Source of the DNA: a virus
Strand: one strand, 5' to 3'
DNA: 64,000 bases
Virus record (IMG/VR): IMGVR_UViG_3300015171_000001
Span: 64,001 to 128,000 of that record
Shown: in pieces, positions 31,003 through 42,092 of the stretch
How positions within the stretch are numbered: position 1 is the first letter of the stretch
Layout: every line of letters starts with the position of its first letter
Notes under the pieces: generated by a model
What the model saw: only the letters and a program-made list of their open reading frames with translations
Databases searched by the model: none
Told to the model about the DNA's origin: nothing
Made by a program: the position numbers and the translations under genes

Positions 31003-31856
31003 GTGGACAAATTACATATATTAAAAGAAGTTTTAGAAAAAAATAAAGAATGTTTTTGGATTGTGTTAAAATCTCACCATCCTTTATTATTTAATGAAAT
31101 CAACGATTTGTCTGGAAAAAATTTTTCGGAAAAAGTATATAAATTTTTAAATAATAATATCATTCCAAAATGTGAGTGTTGTGGCGGTAATTCTTCTTTT
31201 TTAAGTTTATATAAAGGATATTTAAAATATTGTTCTAATAAATGTAGAGGAAAGACGCAAACACAAAATGCGCAAAAAACATTAAATTGTGTTTTTTGTG
31301 GTAAAGAATTTTCAAAATTAAATTCAAGAAAAAACATAACTTGTTCTATTGAGTGTGCTAAAAATCATAGTGCTTCTAAATCAGTTAGAGATGTGTGTGT
31401 AATTAAACAAAAAGAAACAGTATTACAAAAGTATGGGGTTGATCATTTTTCAAAAACAAAAATGTTTTCAGAAAAATTAAAAAATACAAAATTAATAAGA
31501 TATGACGACGAAAACTATGTAAATTTTGTTAAAGCAAAAGAAACAAAATTGATTAAATATGGAAATGCTAATTTTAATAATAGAGAAAAATCAAATAAGA
31601 CCTGTTTAAAAAAATATAATGTTGACAGTGTTAGTAAAATTCCAGAAGTAAGAAAAAAAGCAGAAACAACAATGATGCTTAAATATGGAATTCATTGTGG
31701 ATTATGCTTACTAATGCAGTTGTTCATTTAACTTCCAAGGAAATTTGGGCTAAAGATAAAAATCGTGTGAAATTATTAGAATCCAAAGGATATAATGTAA
31801 ATATTATATGGGAGGATCATAATAATGAAAGTTTAAGACAATTTGATTTAATTTGA
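31003..31856 (+). pseudogene. Decayed KYGVD-repeat / Zn-ribbon endonuclease with the catalytic core deleted
   Basis: CxxC pairs and KY(G/N) repeats in 31003-31731; another frame (about 31704-31856) encodes TSKEIWAKDKNRVKLLESKGYNVNIIWE, a Vsr/DUF559-type C-terminus; no D..IE..G.YWH core between them. Confidence 0.7.
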
Positions 31857-31902
31857 TCTAATATAAAATTAAAATATATTTATATACTAATTACAAAAAA
31901 CA

Positions 31903-32448
31903 ATGATTACTTCGAACAATCCAATAGACACATCAGTTTCCAGTTTCAAAATGATTGCAAGTCCACTTGGTGGGGATTTGTTTCCTATTTTGAGTCAAAT
32001 TACTGGGAGCGATTGGCAAAATTATAGTATTAGATATATTGATTTACATGATGCAATATTATCATCTGTTACATCTTCTATTGTTACTGGTTCTATTCAA
32101 AATGCTGTCAGTGCGAGTTATGCGGTTTTTTCAAGGACATCAAATTCTTCTAGTTTTTCTACAAATTCACAAACAGCATCAATTTCAATTACATCGAGTT
32201 ATGCATTGACTGCGAGTGGTTTTACAAATAGATCATATAATGCTTCTATTGGTGATGGTACAAGTCAAACATTTGTATTGGGTCATAATTTAGGGACAAA
32301 TAGTTTATTATATTCTATGTATGATGTAACTTCTTCACAAGCTGTAATACCGAGTTTAACATTTACAGACAATAATAATGCTTCTTTACATTTTTCTAGT
32401 GTCCCCGCCGCAAATCAATACAGCATTGTTTTATTTAAACCAATTTAA
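31903..32448 (+). CDS. Virion protein with SASYA repeats and one IGDG/HNLGT domain
   Basis: C-terminal domain matches the triplicated domain of 25445..27019. Confidence 0.65.
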   Translation: MITSNNPIDTSVSSFKMIASPLGGDLFPILSQITGSDWQNYSIRYIDLHDAILSSVTSSIVTGSIQNAVSASYAVFSRTSNSSSFSTNSQTASISITSSYALTASGFTNRSYNASIGDGTSQTFVLGHNLGTNSLLYSMYDVTSSQAVIPSLTFTDNNNASLHFSSVPAANQYSIVLFKPI

Positions 32449-32450
32449 TT

Positions 32451-33551
32451 ATGTTATTAGAATCTTTATCAGAATATAATAAAAATTGTATTTCTAGATT
32501 TTGTTCATATTGTTTTAAAACTTTAAAGATTGAAAATCCTTGTAAAGTAATAATGTGTTCAGAAACTCCTAGTAAAACTAGTTTTGCATATTATGACCCG
32601 AACAACAAATCTTTAAAAGTTTCTTATAAAAATAGAAATTTGGCAGATGTTTTAAGAAGTATTGCCCACGAAATTGTTCATTATAAACAAGATTTATTGG
32701 GAATATTACATGAGAAGAGTGGAATTACAGGAAGTAAACACGAGAATCAAGCAAATTCTCTTGCCGGAATTTTAATGAGAAATTGGGCTAAAAAAGATCC
32801 TACTATATTTAAAACATTATTATCTGAATCAAATTCTGGTATTCAATCTAATGAAAAATATTCCAAAATAAAAGAATTAATAAAGCAAGAAGTAATTCAA
32901 GTATTAAAAATTCTTCCACAGAACGAATCATTTTACAATTTAAAAAAAAAGAATAAACAATATTCAGATATAATAGATGGGGAAGTTGGGTTAAAAGTAA
33001 AAGTTATTGATAGAGTTGTAAATTTTTATATTGTCGTTGAATTTGTTGATAATTTAAAATTGACCGACGATAATTTTATTTCTGGAATGTATTATGGAAA
33101 AGGAAATTCTATTTATTTAAAAATAAAAGCATATAATCCAGAAAGTAAAATATTTAAAGATGATATGTCTGCGATGGTTATTGGTGGGAAAAATTATTCT
33201 AAGTTTTTAAATTTAACTCCAAGAGATGTTATTTCCTCAAAAACATTGGAAAAAGTAACAGATCACGAAACAGTACATTATTTTAATGATAAAATAAATA
33301 AAGTGGATCATTCTAATGTTAAACCCCAAGACATAAATTCAAAATACAAATATCTTTCTGAACCAGAAGAAATTCTTGCATATACTGCACAATTGGTAAA
33401 TGATATTAAAAATTCACACGAGAAAACATTAGAAGATTTTCTTAAAAAATCCTCGTGGTGGTTAGAATATGAAAAAGAAGTTTTTCCAAAAAATCCAAAA
33501 ATTAGAAGTAAAATGTTATCAAAATTAGCAAATGCATGGAATGCTAAATAA
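32451..33551 (+). CDS. Tandem HExxH metallopeptidase-like protein
   Basis: IAHEIVHYKQ...ENQAN and DHETVHYFN...EEILAY; linker LLSE...IKELIKQE. Confidence 0.6.
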   Translation: MLLESLSEYNKNCISRFCSYCFKTLKIENPCKVIMCSETPSKTSFAYYDPNNKSLKVSYKNRNLADVLRSIAHEIVHYKQDLLGILHEKSGITGSKHENQANSLAGILMRNWAKKDPTIFKTLLSESNSGIQSNEKYSKIKELIKQEVIQVLKILPQNESFYNLKKKNKQYSDIIDGEVGLKVKVIDRVVNFYIVVEFVDNLKLTDDNFISGMYYGKGNSIYLKIKAYNPESKIFKDDMSAMVIGGKNYSKFLNLTPRDVISSKTLEKVTDHETVHYFNDKINKVDHSNVKPQDINSKYKYLSEPEEILAYTAQLVNDIKNSHEKTLEDFLKKSSWWLEYEKEVFPKNPKIRSKMLSKLANAWNAK

Positions 33552-33588
33552 ATCAATTTCTAAATAATATTTCATTATATTTATAGTT

Positions 33589-36500
33589 ATGTCGATTTAT
33601 ATTCCAAATCAAACAACTATTGCTGGAAACCTTACTGTACAAGGAAGTATTACTGCCTCATATATTCAAGGCACAGCTTCTTATGTACAAGGAACATCTT
33701 CATATTCAACTATTGCTAATTCAGCATCATACGCATCCAGTAGTACATTGTCACAGACATCATCATATGCTTTAAATGCTGTTGGTTTAAATTCAGGAAG
33801 TTTTACAGGATCATTTACAGGATCAATATTAGGAACATCGAGTTTTTCAAATTCTTCTAGTTATGCTTTCAATTCAAATTTATCACAAACTTCTAGTTAT
33901 AATTTAAATTCTATTTCGTCAAGTTATTCACTAAATTCAACGACTGCATCTTATGCATTAAATGCAGTAGGTTTAAATAGTGGATCATTCACTGGAAGTT
34001 TTTCGGGTAGTTTATTAGGAACATCTAGTTATTCATTATTATCTTTAAGTAGCAGCTATGCTTCTAGTTCTACTATTTCCCAAACGGCTTCTTATGTTTT
34101 AAATTCAATAAGTGCATCTTATTCACAAAATGCATTAACAGCTTCATACGCTCTTAATGCCATTGGATTAAATTCAGGCTCATTTACTGGTTCTTTCATA
34201 GGATCATTATTGGGAACATCTTCTTACTCAACTATTGCCAATTCTTCGTCTTATGCATCTAGTTCCACATTATCGCAAACTTCTAGTTATGCATTAAATG
34301 CTATTGGGCTAAATACTGGGAGTTTTACAGGATCGTTTACTGGAAGTTTATTAGGATCTAGTTCATATGCATTAAATTCCAATAATAGCATAACTGCATC
34401 ATATGCATCTAGTTCTATTTCTTCATCATTTTCGCAAACATCTTCATATACTAATGGAGGGGCAACGACAGGAAGTAATTCGTTTGTTGGAAATCAAACA
34501 ATAACAGGAAATTTAAATGTTATTGGGACGGCATCTATATCTGTAATTTATACAAATTATATAACAGCGTCTACTGAGTACAGTACGGGTTCAAATATTT
34601 TTGGAAATAGTCAAGCAAATACACATCAATTTACTGGAAGTGTATACATCACTGGAAGTTTAACTTCACCAAATATTACCGGATCTTTATTAGGAACATC
34701 TAGTTATGCAACTTTTTCAAATTCTTCAAGTTATGCTTCCAGTTCTACATTATCACAAACTTCTAGTTATAATTTAAATTCAGTAAGTTCATCATTTTCT
34801 ACAACGGCATCTTATGCATTAAATGCTGTGGGTTTAAATTCAGGAAGTTTTACGGGATCATTTACAGGAAGTATTAATGGTTCAAGCTCTTATTCATCAA
34901 ATTCTAACAATAGCATAAGTTCGTCGTTTGCATCGAGTTCTATATCTTCGTCATATACAGCAACCGCCTCAATTTCTTATAATGTTAGTGGTAGTGGAAC
35001 TGGTTCATTTACAGGATCGTTTTCTGGAACGCATACGGGGTCATATACTGGTTCTTATACAGGCTCATTTACGGGAAGTTTCACAGGATCTTTATCCGGC
35101 ACTTCTTCATATTCTATTACATCTTCTTATGCATTAAATGCTGTGGGTTTAAATTCAGGAAGTTTTACTGGTAGTTTTACTGGTTCTCACACAGGAAGTT
35201 TTAATGGATCAATGACGGGAAGTCATACAGGATCATTTACCGGATCTTATACTGGATCTTTTATTGGAAATCACACTGGATCATATACAGGAAGTTTTAA
35301 TGGATTAATGTCTGGAAGTTCAACTGGTTCTTTTACGGGATCTTATACTGGTAGTTTTACGGGAAGTTTTCTAGGAACCTCTTCATTTTCTTTAGTTGCC
35401 GGTAATTCAACAACATCATCCTATGCTTTAAATGCTGTCGGTTTAAATACTGGAAGTTTTACTGGGTCATTTACTGGATCTTTATTAGGATCTAGTTCTT
35501 ATTCATTAAATTCTAATAATAGCATAAGTTCAAGTTATGCATCGAGTTCAGTATCTTCTTCATTTTCACAAACCTCGTCTATTGGTTATAATGTTAGTGG
35601 AAGTGGAACGGGGTCATTTACAGGAAGTTTTACTGGAAGCTTTACTGGTATTATTACCGGATCATTACAAGGAACTTCATCATTTTCATTTAATTCAGTT
35701 ACTGCCTCTTATATATTAGGGGGAGCTACAGTTTCTTCTGCTTCTTATGCAACTTTCGCATCTAACGGAAGTGGCTCTTTTACTGGGTCTTTTTCTGGTT
35801 CTTTAACAGGAACATCTAGTTATGCAACGTTTGCAAATTCTGCATCATATGCATCTAGTTCTACATTGTCACAAACTTCCAGTTATAATTTAAATTCTGT
35901 AAGTTCGTCATATTCACAAACTTCTTCAACTTCTTCTTATGCATTAAATGCATTGAATTTAAATACAGGATCATTTACAGGAAGTTTCACCGGATCATTA
36001 TTAGGAACATCTAGTTATTCAATAATATCTTTGAGTGGTAGTTATGCTTCCAGTAGTACATTATCACAAACTTCTAGTTATAATTTAAATTCAGTATCAA
36101 GTTCTTTCTCAAATAATTCTATAAATAGCTTAACTTCTAGTTATGCATCAAGTTCAATATCTTCTTCATTTTCACAAACATCATCAATTTCTTATAATGT
36201 TAGTGGAAGTGGATCGGGGTCGTTTACCGGAAGTTTTACAGGATCACTATTAGGAACTTCTTCTTATGCATTAAATTCTTTAACTTCTAGTTATTCAATT
36301 AATTCAACAACTGCGTCATATGCCTTAAATGGTGGCTCTAGTTCAACTGGAAGTTTTACTGGTTCATTTACTGGAAGTTTATTAGGAACATCAAGTTATT
36401 CGTTAATATCTTTAAGTAGTAGTTACGCATCTAGTAGTACATTATCACAGACATCGTCATATGCTCTTAATGCAGTGGGATTAAATAGTGGATCGTTTAC

Positions 36501-37782
36501 TGGTTCATTTACTGGATCATTATTAGGATCTTCATCATATTCCATAACTTCTAGTTATTCTTCTACAAGCAATATATCAAATACTGCCAGTTATAATTTA
36601 AATTCAATTAGTGCATCTTATTCACAAAATTCAGACACATCATCTTTTTCAAATAATTTATTTGTCTCTGGAAATTTATTTATATTAAATTCTTCTTCAT
36701 TTGATAGCGGGTCGTTTATAACTGATGGAAGGGGAAATGTTTCAGGATCTTCATTTACAGGATCATTTAATGGAGTATTTACTGGAAGTTTATTTGGCAC
36801 ATCCTCAAATTCAATTAGTGCATCATATTGTGTTAATTCTATAACAGCTTCTTATGCATTAAATTCTAATAATAGCATAACTTCTAGCTATGCATCGAGT
36901 TCAATATCATCTTCTTTTTCACAAACAGCATCATATGTACTGAATGCAGTAGGTTTAAATAGTGGTTCTTTTACAGGAAGTTTTACTGGATCATTATTAG
37001 GTTCTTCAAGTTATTCAATAACAAGCGCATATTCATTAACTTCGAGCTATTTAAATACAACAATAATAGGAATTCAAGATTTTATTGATTTATTAAGTAC
37101 AGGATCTATTCTTGGTAATAACAATCAAATTATATCAAGTTCCTTATCAAATATTATTGGTTATAATAATTATATTTTATTGTCTCCATCTAGTTCCACT
37201 ATTGGATTTAATAATTCAATGAGTTTTGCGAGTAGGTCCTTCATAGTAGGAAATGGTAATAATATAAGTTCTGGAAGTAGTATTCATATATTTGGAAGTT
37301 CAAATAACATAACAACCGCAAGTAATTCTTATGTATTTGGACATAATATAACATTAACAAATATATCTAATTTAAATTATTTTACTGGAAGTACGCGGTT
37401 GGATGGTGGAATGGTTAAAACCGATGGATTTGGAAATGTATCGGGATCATCTTTTACAGGTTCATTTAATGGAAATTTAATAGGAACTGCCTCATATTCT
37501 AATTCATCAAGTTATGCATTCACATCTTCTTATGCATTAAATGCAGTGGGATTAAATACTGGCAGTTTTACTGGCAGTTTTACTGGATTAATGACTGGAA
37601 GTTATACAGGATCATTTACTGGATCATTCACGGGGTCTTTCACCGGAAGTTTATTGGGAACGGCTTCTTATGCATTAAACTCTAATAATAGTACATCTTC
37701 TTCTTTTTCACAAACATCTAGTTATTTTATTAGTCAATCTATACTAAACAATAATGCAATGTATTACGCAATAGCCCTTTAA
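33589..37782 (+). CDS. Giant Ser/Thr/Gly-rich repetitive fibre-like virion protein
   Basis: Dozens of GSFTGS and T(A/S)SYALN repeats; GSNIFG...THQFTGS domain. Confidence 0.75.
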   Translation: MSIYIPNQTTIAGNLTVQGSITASYIQGTASYVQGTSSYSTIANSASYASSSTLSQTSSYALNAVGLNSGSFTGSFTGSILGTSSFSNSSSYAFNSNLSQTSSYNLNSISSSYSLNSTTASYALNAVGLNSGSFTGSFSGSLLGTSSYSLLSLSSSYASSSTISQTASYVLNSISASYSQNALTASYALNAIGLNSGSFTGSFIGSLLGTSSYSTIANSSSYASSSTLSQTSSYALNAIGLNTGSFTGSFTGSLLGSSSYALNSNNSITASYASSSISSSFSQTSSYTNGGATTGSNSFVGNQTITGNLNVIGTASISVIYTNYITASTEYSTGSNIFGNSQANTHQFTGSVYITGSLTSPNITGSLLGTSSYATFSNSSSYASSSTLSQTSSYNLNSVSSSFSTTASYALNAVGLNSGSFTGSFTGSINGSSSYSSNSNNSISSSFASSSISSSYTATASISYNVSGSGTGSFTGSFSGTHTGSYTGSYTGSFTGSFTGSLSGTSSYSITSSYALNAVGLNSGSFTGSFTGSHTGSFNGSMTGSHTGSFTGSYTGSFIGNHTGSYTGSFNGLMSGSSTGSFTGSYTGSFTGSFLGTSSFSLVAGNSTTSSYALNAVGLNTGSFTGSFTGSLLGSSSYSLNSNNSISSSYASSSVSSSFSQTSSIGYNVSGSGTGSFTGSFTGSFTGIITGSLQGTSSFSFNSVTASYILGGATVSSASYATFASNGSGSFTGSFSGSLTGTSSYATFANSASYASSSTLSQTSSYNLNSVSSSYSQTSSTSSYALNALNLNTGSFTGSFTGSLLGTSSYSIISLSGSYASSSTLSQTSSYNLNSVSSSFSNNSINSLTSSYASSSISSSFSQTSSISYNVSGSGSGSFTGSFTGSLLGTSSYALNSLTSSYSINSTTASYALNGGSSSTGSFTGSFTGSLLGTSSYSLISLSSSYASSSTLSQTSSYALNAVGLNSGSFTGSFTGSLLGSSSYSITSSYSSTSNISNTASYNLNSISASYSQNSDTSSFSNNLFVSGNLFILNSSSFDSGSFITDGRGNVSGSSFTGSFNGVFTGSLFGTSSNSISASYCVNSITASYALNSNNSITSSYASSSISSSFSQTASYVLNAVGLNSGSFTGSFTGSLLGSSSYSITSAYSLTSSYLNTTIIGIQDFIDLLSTGSILGNNNQIISSSLSNIIGYNNYILLSPSSSTIGFNNSMSFASRSFIVGNGNNISSGSSIHIFGSSNNITTASNSYVFGHNITLTNISNLNYFTGSTRLDGGMVKTDGFGNVSGSSFTGSFNGNLIGTASYSNSSSYAFTSSYALNAVGLNTGSFTGSFTGLMTGSYTGSFTGSFTGSFTGSLLGTASYALNSNNSTSSSFSQTSSYFISQSILNNNAMYYAIAL

Positions 37783-37792
37783 AAATAAAAAT

Positions 37793-39217
37793 ATGAGAAT
37801 CGTCATCAAAGATTATACCTTTAACAAAACATCAGGAACTATAACTTTCTCTGATTATACAACAATAACACAAGAAAATATATTCTTAATTGTTGATGCT
37901 ACAAATAATACAATAATATATCAAACTAATGCTAGTGGATTTGGTGGTACTGTTTCTGGTAATGTATTAACATTAATATATAATACAAATACATCTGCAT
38001 TCAATAACACAGACAAATTACAAATTTTTTATGAAGACACCACACCAGTGCAGCTTGTTAGTGGATCTTCGAGTGTTGTAATAAAAAACACTCAGCCAGA
38101 TGGCACGGAAAATGGGTTGCTTGTCAGACCTACAGGAAATACAAGGACTGTTACAGGGTCTTTAACAAATGGACAATTTTTGCAAATTGCTACTGCGGAT
38201 TTGGGTGGATTGGGAATAAATGTCAACGGATTGACTGGGTCTCTTTCTGTTTCAGCATCGGTAGACAGTATTAATTTTTCTTCACTTGGATTATTTTCTT
38301 TTTCTGGAGGAACGGGATCAGCTATAATATCGTTAAATGGAAATTACGAATGTTCCATTGGAAATACAAAAGTTGTACAAATTACAGCAGATAATGTTAC
38401 CGGATCTGTCAACTTAACAATGGTTGATACTCTATGGTCAAGACTTACAAAAGTATATCAATCCACTGCTGCTAATTTACAAACTGTTTCTTGGTTGTCT
38501 GATAGCTCTGGGAAGGGGATTACTAGTAATAGTGGATCATTAAATGTTTTTGTCAGCGGATCTATATTAGCAGCAAATGCTGCACAAGAAAATGGAAATT
38601 TGGCACTTATATTATCCGCATCAAATCAAAGTACTTCTTCTTTATTTCAAATATCATCTTCATTATCTAGTCTTGTTGGATTAAATAATATATATGGACA
38701 AAAACAAATGGTTAGTAGCAGTGCTGTCGTTATTGCTTCTGATCAAACCCCAATATCTATATCAACAGTATCTACGGCGTCGTCATTTACTCCGTTAATA
38801 ACTAGTGGATCTGCATACACTGCCAATCAATTATGTGGATCGGGATCTATGTTATTCACAAATGTCATAAGAAATAATTCCGGTCTATTAGAATCTATTT
38901 ATATTAATTGCAAATCTGTACAAACCACCGGACTTAAATTTTATGCATTTAATTCAAATCCGTCCAGCACAACCTGGAATGATAAAAGTGCGCCTTCAAT
39001 TAATGCGGCAGATTTTAATAAATTAATAGGGGTTTATTCTTTAAGTAGTCCAGATAGCGGATTAGGAACTCATACAAATTATTGTTTAGACGGTATTGGA
39101 AAATCTTTTTATATTTCAGGAAGTACATCATTATATGGTGTTTTAGTTGTGACAGGAACTCCTACATTTTTTAGTACATCAGATTTAATAATAACTCTAA
39201 ATATAGTAGAAGATTGA
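37793..39217 (+). CDS. Putative tail/fibre-associated structural protein
   Basis: N-terminal YTF...LTLIYNT...DKLQIFYE domain; S/T/G rich; within the fibre cluster. Confidence 0.6.
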   Translation: MRIVIKDYTFNKTSGTITFSDYTTITQENIFLIVDATNNTIIYQTNASGFGGTVSGNVLTLIYNTNTSAFNNTDKLQIFYEDTTPVQLVSGSSSVVIKNTQPDGTENGLLVRPTGNTRTVTGSLTNGQFLQIATADLGGLGINVNGLTGSLSVSASVDSINFSSLGLFSFSGGTGSAIISLNGNYECSIGNTKVVQITADNVTGSVNLTMVDTLWSRLTKVYQSTAANLQTVSWLSDSSGKGITSNSGSLNVFVSGSILAANAAQENGNLALILSASNQSTSSLFQISSSLSSLVGLNNIYGQKQMVSSSAVVIASDQTPISISTVSTASSFTPLITSGSAYTANQLCGSGSMLFTNVIRNNSGLLESIYINCKSVQTTGLKFYAFNSNPSSTTWNDKSAPSINAADFNKLIGVYSLSSPDSGLGTHTNYCLDGIGKSFYISGSTSLYGVLVVTGTPTFFSTSDLIITLNIVED

Positions 39218-39220
39218 TTT

Positions 39221-41863
39221 ATGTTATTTTCGGCACTCAGAAGATCATTGCTGATAGGCAAAGTGAATATTTTGTCTGGACTTTACGCACTAAATAGTGC
39301 TGTTACTCCATTTACCATGTCTTCGGTAATATCTGGAAATAACGTATTAACAAAATCGGGAATCGGAGCCATATCTTTAACTAATAACAATAATTCTTTT
39401 TCAAAAGGAATTGCTGTTTCATCGGGAATATTGGGAGGAACAAATTCTAATTGTTTGGGAAGTGGAACTGCTAGTATCTCAAAAAATGCACAGATACAGT
39501 TAGATTGTGGACAAGGTTCTTATACCTCAAGCATTCCGGCGTTTAATGGAAGTGGATCGTTGTTAATTACTGGGAATAACCAAATTCAAATCCAAAACAC
39601 AATAAATGGATTTTCGGGGGGAACTTTTGTTCTGGGGGGTGCAACATTAAATACTCCTCCCAATACATCAATTGCGTCTATTTTAGGGACAGGACAACTT
39701 TTTATAGATTCTGGGTCTGTTGTGAATATTAATTCACAAAATAACGGATTAAATGCAGGAAACACTCTTCTGTTCAGCGGAGTGTCTGGTTCTGGTACTA
39801 TTAATTTTAATGGAACCACAGGTGGGAATACTATACAAACCAAGCAAGTGAGTTCTAGTTTATTTGTCGGTACTATAAATATTAATCCTTCGGGGACTTC
39901 TGGTGTTGGAAAAACACAATTAAATTTTACATTAAATCCTTCCGCGTCTATTAATGTAGGAACTAATGGAACTTTATATGTCGTGAATGGAAATAATTTC
40001 CCAGGAAATATTATTTTAAATGGCGGAACTACTGGGGAGACATTGGGACAATTAAGGATAGAAACTTCTGGATCAAATATAACGGGAAATGTCATTCTTA
40101 GTGGAAGTGTGTCTACGGGAACAATTGGAAATAATGTTACCGGGGTAACGGTGATGATAAGCGGGCCTATTGTTGGAAATTTTAGATTAATCAAGACTGG
40201 CCCTGGGACAATTATATTTGGAGGCGGAAATACATATACTGGCGGAAGTAATGCAGCAAATCAAGGAACACTTATAAATCAAGGAGTTATAGTGGCAACT
40301 ACATTAAATAGTGTGACTGGAAGTGTTTCCTCTTCTAGTTTTGGAGTACCTACTTCGCCATCTGCAGGAACTATAAATTTGGGAAATGCTACATTGACAG
40401 GAAATTTAATAGTTATTAGTCCAGGAGAAACTACCGATAGAATTGTGAATTTGGGAGGATCTACTGGTGGTGGGGCTATATATAATAGCGGATCTGGATA
40501 TTTGAAATTTACAAGCGATCTTTCAATCACAGGAAACGGGACAAAAAGTTTTACTATGGGCGGTACGGGTCCTATGGAATTTGTGGGGGCGATAAGTGAT
40601 AATAGCCCTACAAACAAAACATATGTTACGAAATCAAATGCAAATACGGTAACACTTTCTGGGAATAATACATATACAGGAAATACACAACTATTAGGAG
40701 GGACATTAATGTTGGGAAGTGGAACTGCACTAGGTTCTGCTTCAAACAGTTGTTCTATAAATTTAAGTTCTTCTTTAGATTTAAATGGCCAAACAATATT
40801 GAATAATATTTTTACAACAGGAGCAACTCCAACAATAACAAATTCAAGTTCTTCAACGGCAACCATAAATTCAACAATTACTAATGGAAATGCCCCAATT
40901 TTTATTAGTGGTAGTAGTGGTAATATAGTATTACAAACAGTTACAGGAACTAGTGGATTAACTATTACAAAAAATGGAACAAATACTTTAATATTATCCG
41001 GTTCTTCAGATAATGCATTTTGTGCATTAAAAATAAATAACGGACTTGTTGTGTTAAATAAATCTGGATCAGGACATTCTTCTAACAATTTAACCTTGAT
41101 AAGTGGGACGGTGCAGTTTGGATCTAATAATGTTTCATTGTTAACAGGAACTGGTCAGTTGGCCACAACAACTATACATGGCGGAACATTTGATTTAAGT
41201 GGATCTACTGGAAACAATACCACATTAGGGTCTTTGAGTGGAAGTGGTGGTATTATAACAAATAATGGGTCTGTATCTTCTACACTGACTATTGGAGGAA
41301 ATAATGGTGGCGGAGCTAATTATGCAGGAACTCTTCAGAATGGAACAAATACATTATTTTTAACAAAAATAGGAACTGCGGCAATAACTATGTCTGGAAA
41401 TAGTACCCATACAGGATCGACTAGTATAACAGGAGGAGAACTACAAATTAACGGTTCTTTTAGTGGATCTACTATATTAATAAATGGAGGAAGATTGAGT
41501 GGGACGGGTTCGGTGGGTAGTGTAATTTTATCAAATACCGCAAATTCAGTAATTGTTGGGGGTCTTGGTACTGGAAGTTTTGGGTCATTACTTATGACTG
41601 GGTCTTTATATTTTTCAGGGTCTACTTGTGCGTTGGATGTGTATGGAAATGGGTCAACGGCGGCATCTTCAATAGCTGTTAGTGGATCTACTACATTGAA
41701 CAGTGCCACTATTAATTTTTTACAAACATTAAACACTGGGACTTATAATTTAATAACAAATACAGTATCGTGCGCGGGGCTAACTACAATAGGAACTAAT
41801 AATACTGGACATACCCCATCATGTTCAATAGTTGGGAATAATTTAATTGCTACGATAACATAA
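39221..41863 (+). CDS. Beta-helical protein with autotransporter passenger-associated (PATR-like) repeats
   Basis: LIKTGPGTIIFGGGNTYTGG, TKSNANTVTLSGNNTYTGNTQLLGGTL, LTKIGTAAITMSGNSTHTGSTSITGGEL; no beta-barrel. Confidence 0.75.
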   Translation: MLFSALRRSLLIGKVNILSGLYALNSAVTPFTMSSVISGNNVLTKSGIGAISLTNNNNSFSKGIAVSSGILGGTNSNCLGSGTASISKNAQIQLDCGQGSYTSSIPAFNGSGSLLITGNNQIQIQNTINGFSGGTFVLGGATLNTPPNTSIASILGTGQLFIDSGSVVNINSQNNGLNAGNTLLFSGVSGSGTINFNGTTGGNTIQTKQVSSSLFVGTININPSGTSGVGKTQLNFTLNPSASINVGTNGTLYVVNGNNFPGNIILNGGTTGETLGQLRIETSGSNITGNVILSGSVSTGTIGNNVTGVTVMISGPIVGNFRLIKTGPGTIIFGGGNTYTGGSNAANQGTLINQGVIVATTLNSVTGSVSSSSFGVPTSPSAGTINLGNATLTGNLIVISPGETTDRIVNLGGSTGGGAIYNSGSGYLKFTSDLSITGNGTKSFTMGGTGPMEFVGAISDNSPTNKTYVTKSNANTVTLSGNNTYTGNTQLLGGTLMLGSGTALGSASNSCSINLSSSLDLNGQTILNNIFTTGATPTITNSSSSTATINSTITNGNAPIFISGSSGNIVLQTVTGTSGLTITKNGTNTLILSGSSDNAFCALKINNGLVVLNKSGSGHSSNNLTLISGTVQFGSNNVSLLTGTGQLATTTIHGGTFDLSGSTGNNTTLGSLSGSGGIITNNGSVSSTLTIGGNNGGGANYAGTLQNGTNTLFLTKIGTAAITMSGNSTHTGSTSITGGELQINGSFSGSTILINGGRLSGTGSVGSVILSNTANSVIVGGLGTGSFGSLLMTGSLYFSGSTCALDVYGNGSTAASSIAVSGSTTLNSATINFLQTLNTGTYNLITNTVSCAGLTTIGTNNTGHTPSCSIVGNNLIATIT

Positions 41864-41873
41864 CCCAAAAACA

Positions 41874-42092
41874 ATGACAACAATAACAACATCCGCTATA
41901 TTTACTATAGGACCAATAACAGACAATATGATAGACACTGTATCAGCCACAATATATTTATCTGGAACAAACATGACTTCTTTGAATATGACATTATGGT
42001 CTGGTCAAGATTATATTAATATTGGAAACTGGACAAATGACCAAGCTATTTCAAGAATTACTTCTTTATTAAATTCTGGCGCGGGTTCTTAA
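41874..42092 (+). CDS. Small hypothetical protein at the end of the fibre cluster
   Basis: 72 aa, LWSGQDYINIGNWTNDQ. Confidence 0.55.
   Translation: MTTITTSAIFTIGPITDNMIDTVSATIYLSGTNMTSLNMTLWSGQDYINIGNWTNDQAISRITSLLNSGAGS

Noticed and set aside
33589-37782. Ice-nucleation protein
   Set aside because: Lacks the 16-residue AGYGST periodicity; context indicates a virion fibre
39586-41736. Long antisense ORFs (39586, 40279, 41335) and similar shadows over other genes
   Set aside because: Mirror frames of G/T/S/N-rich sense genes, with no motifs or promoters
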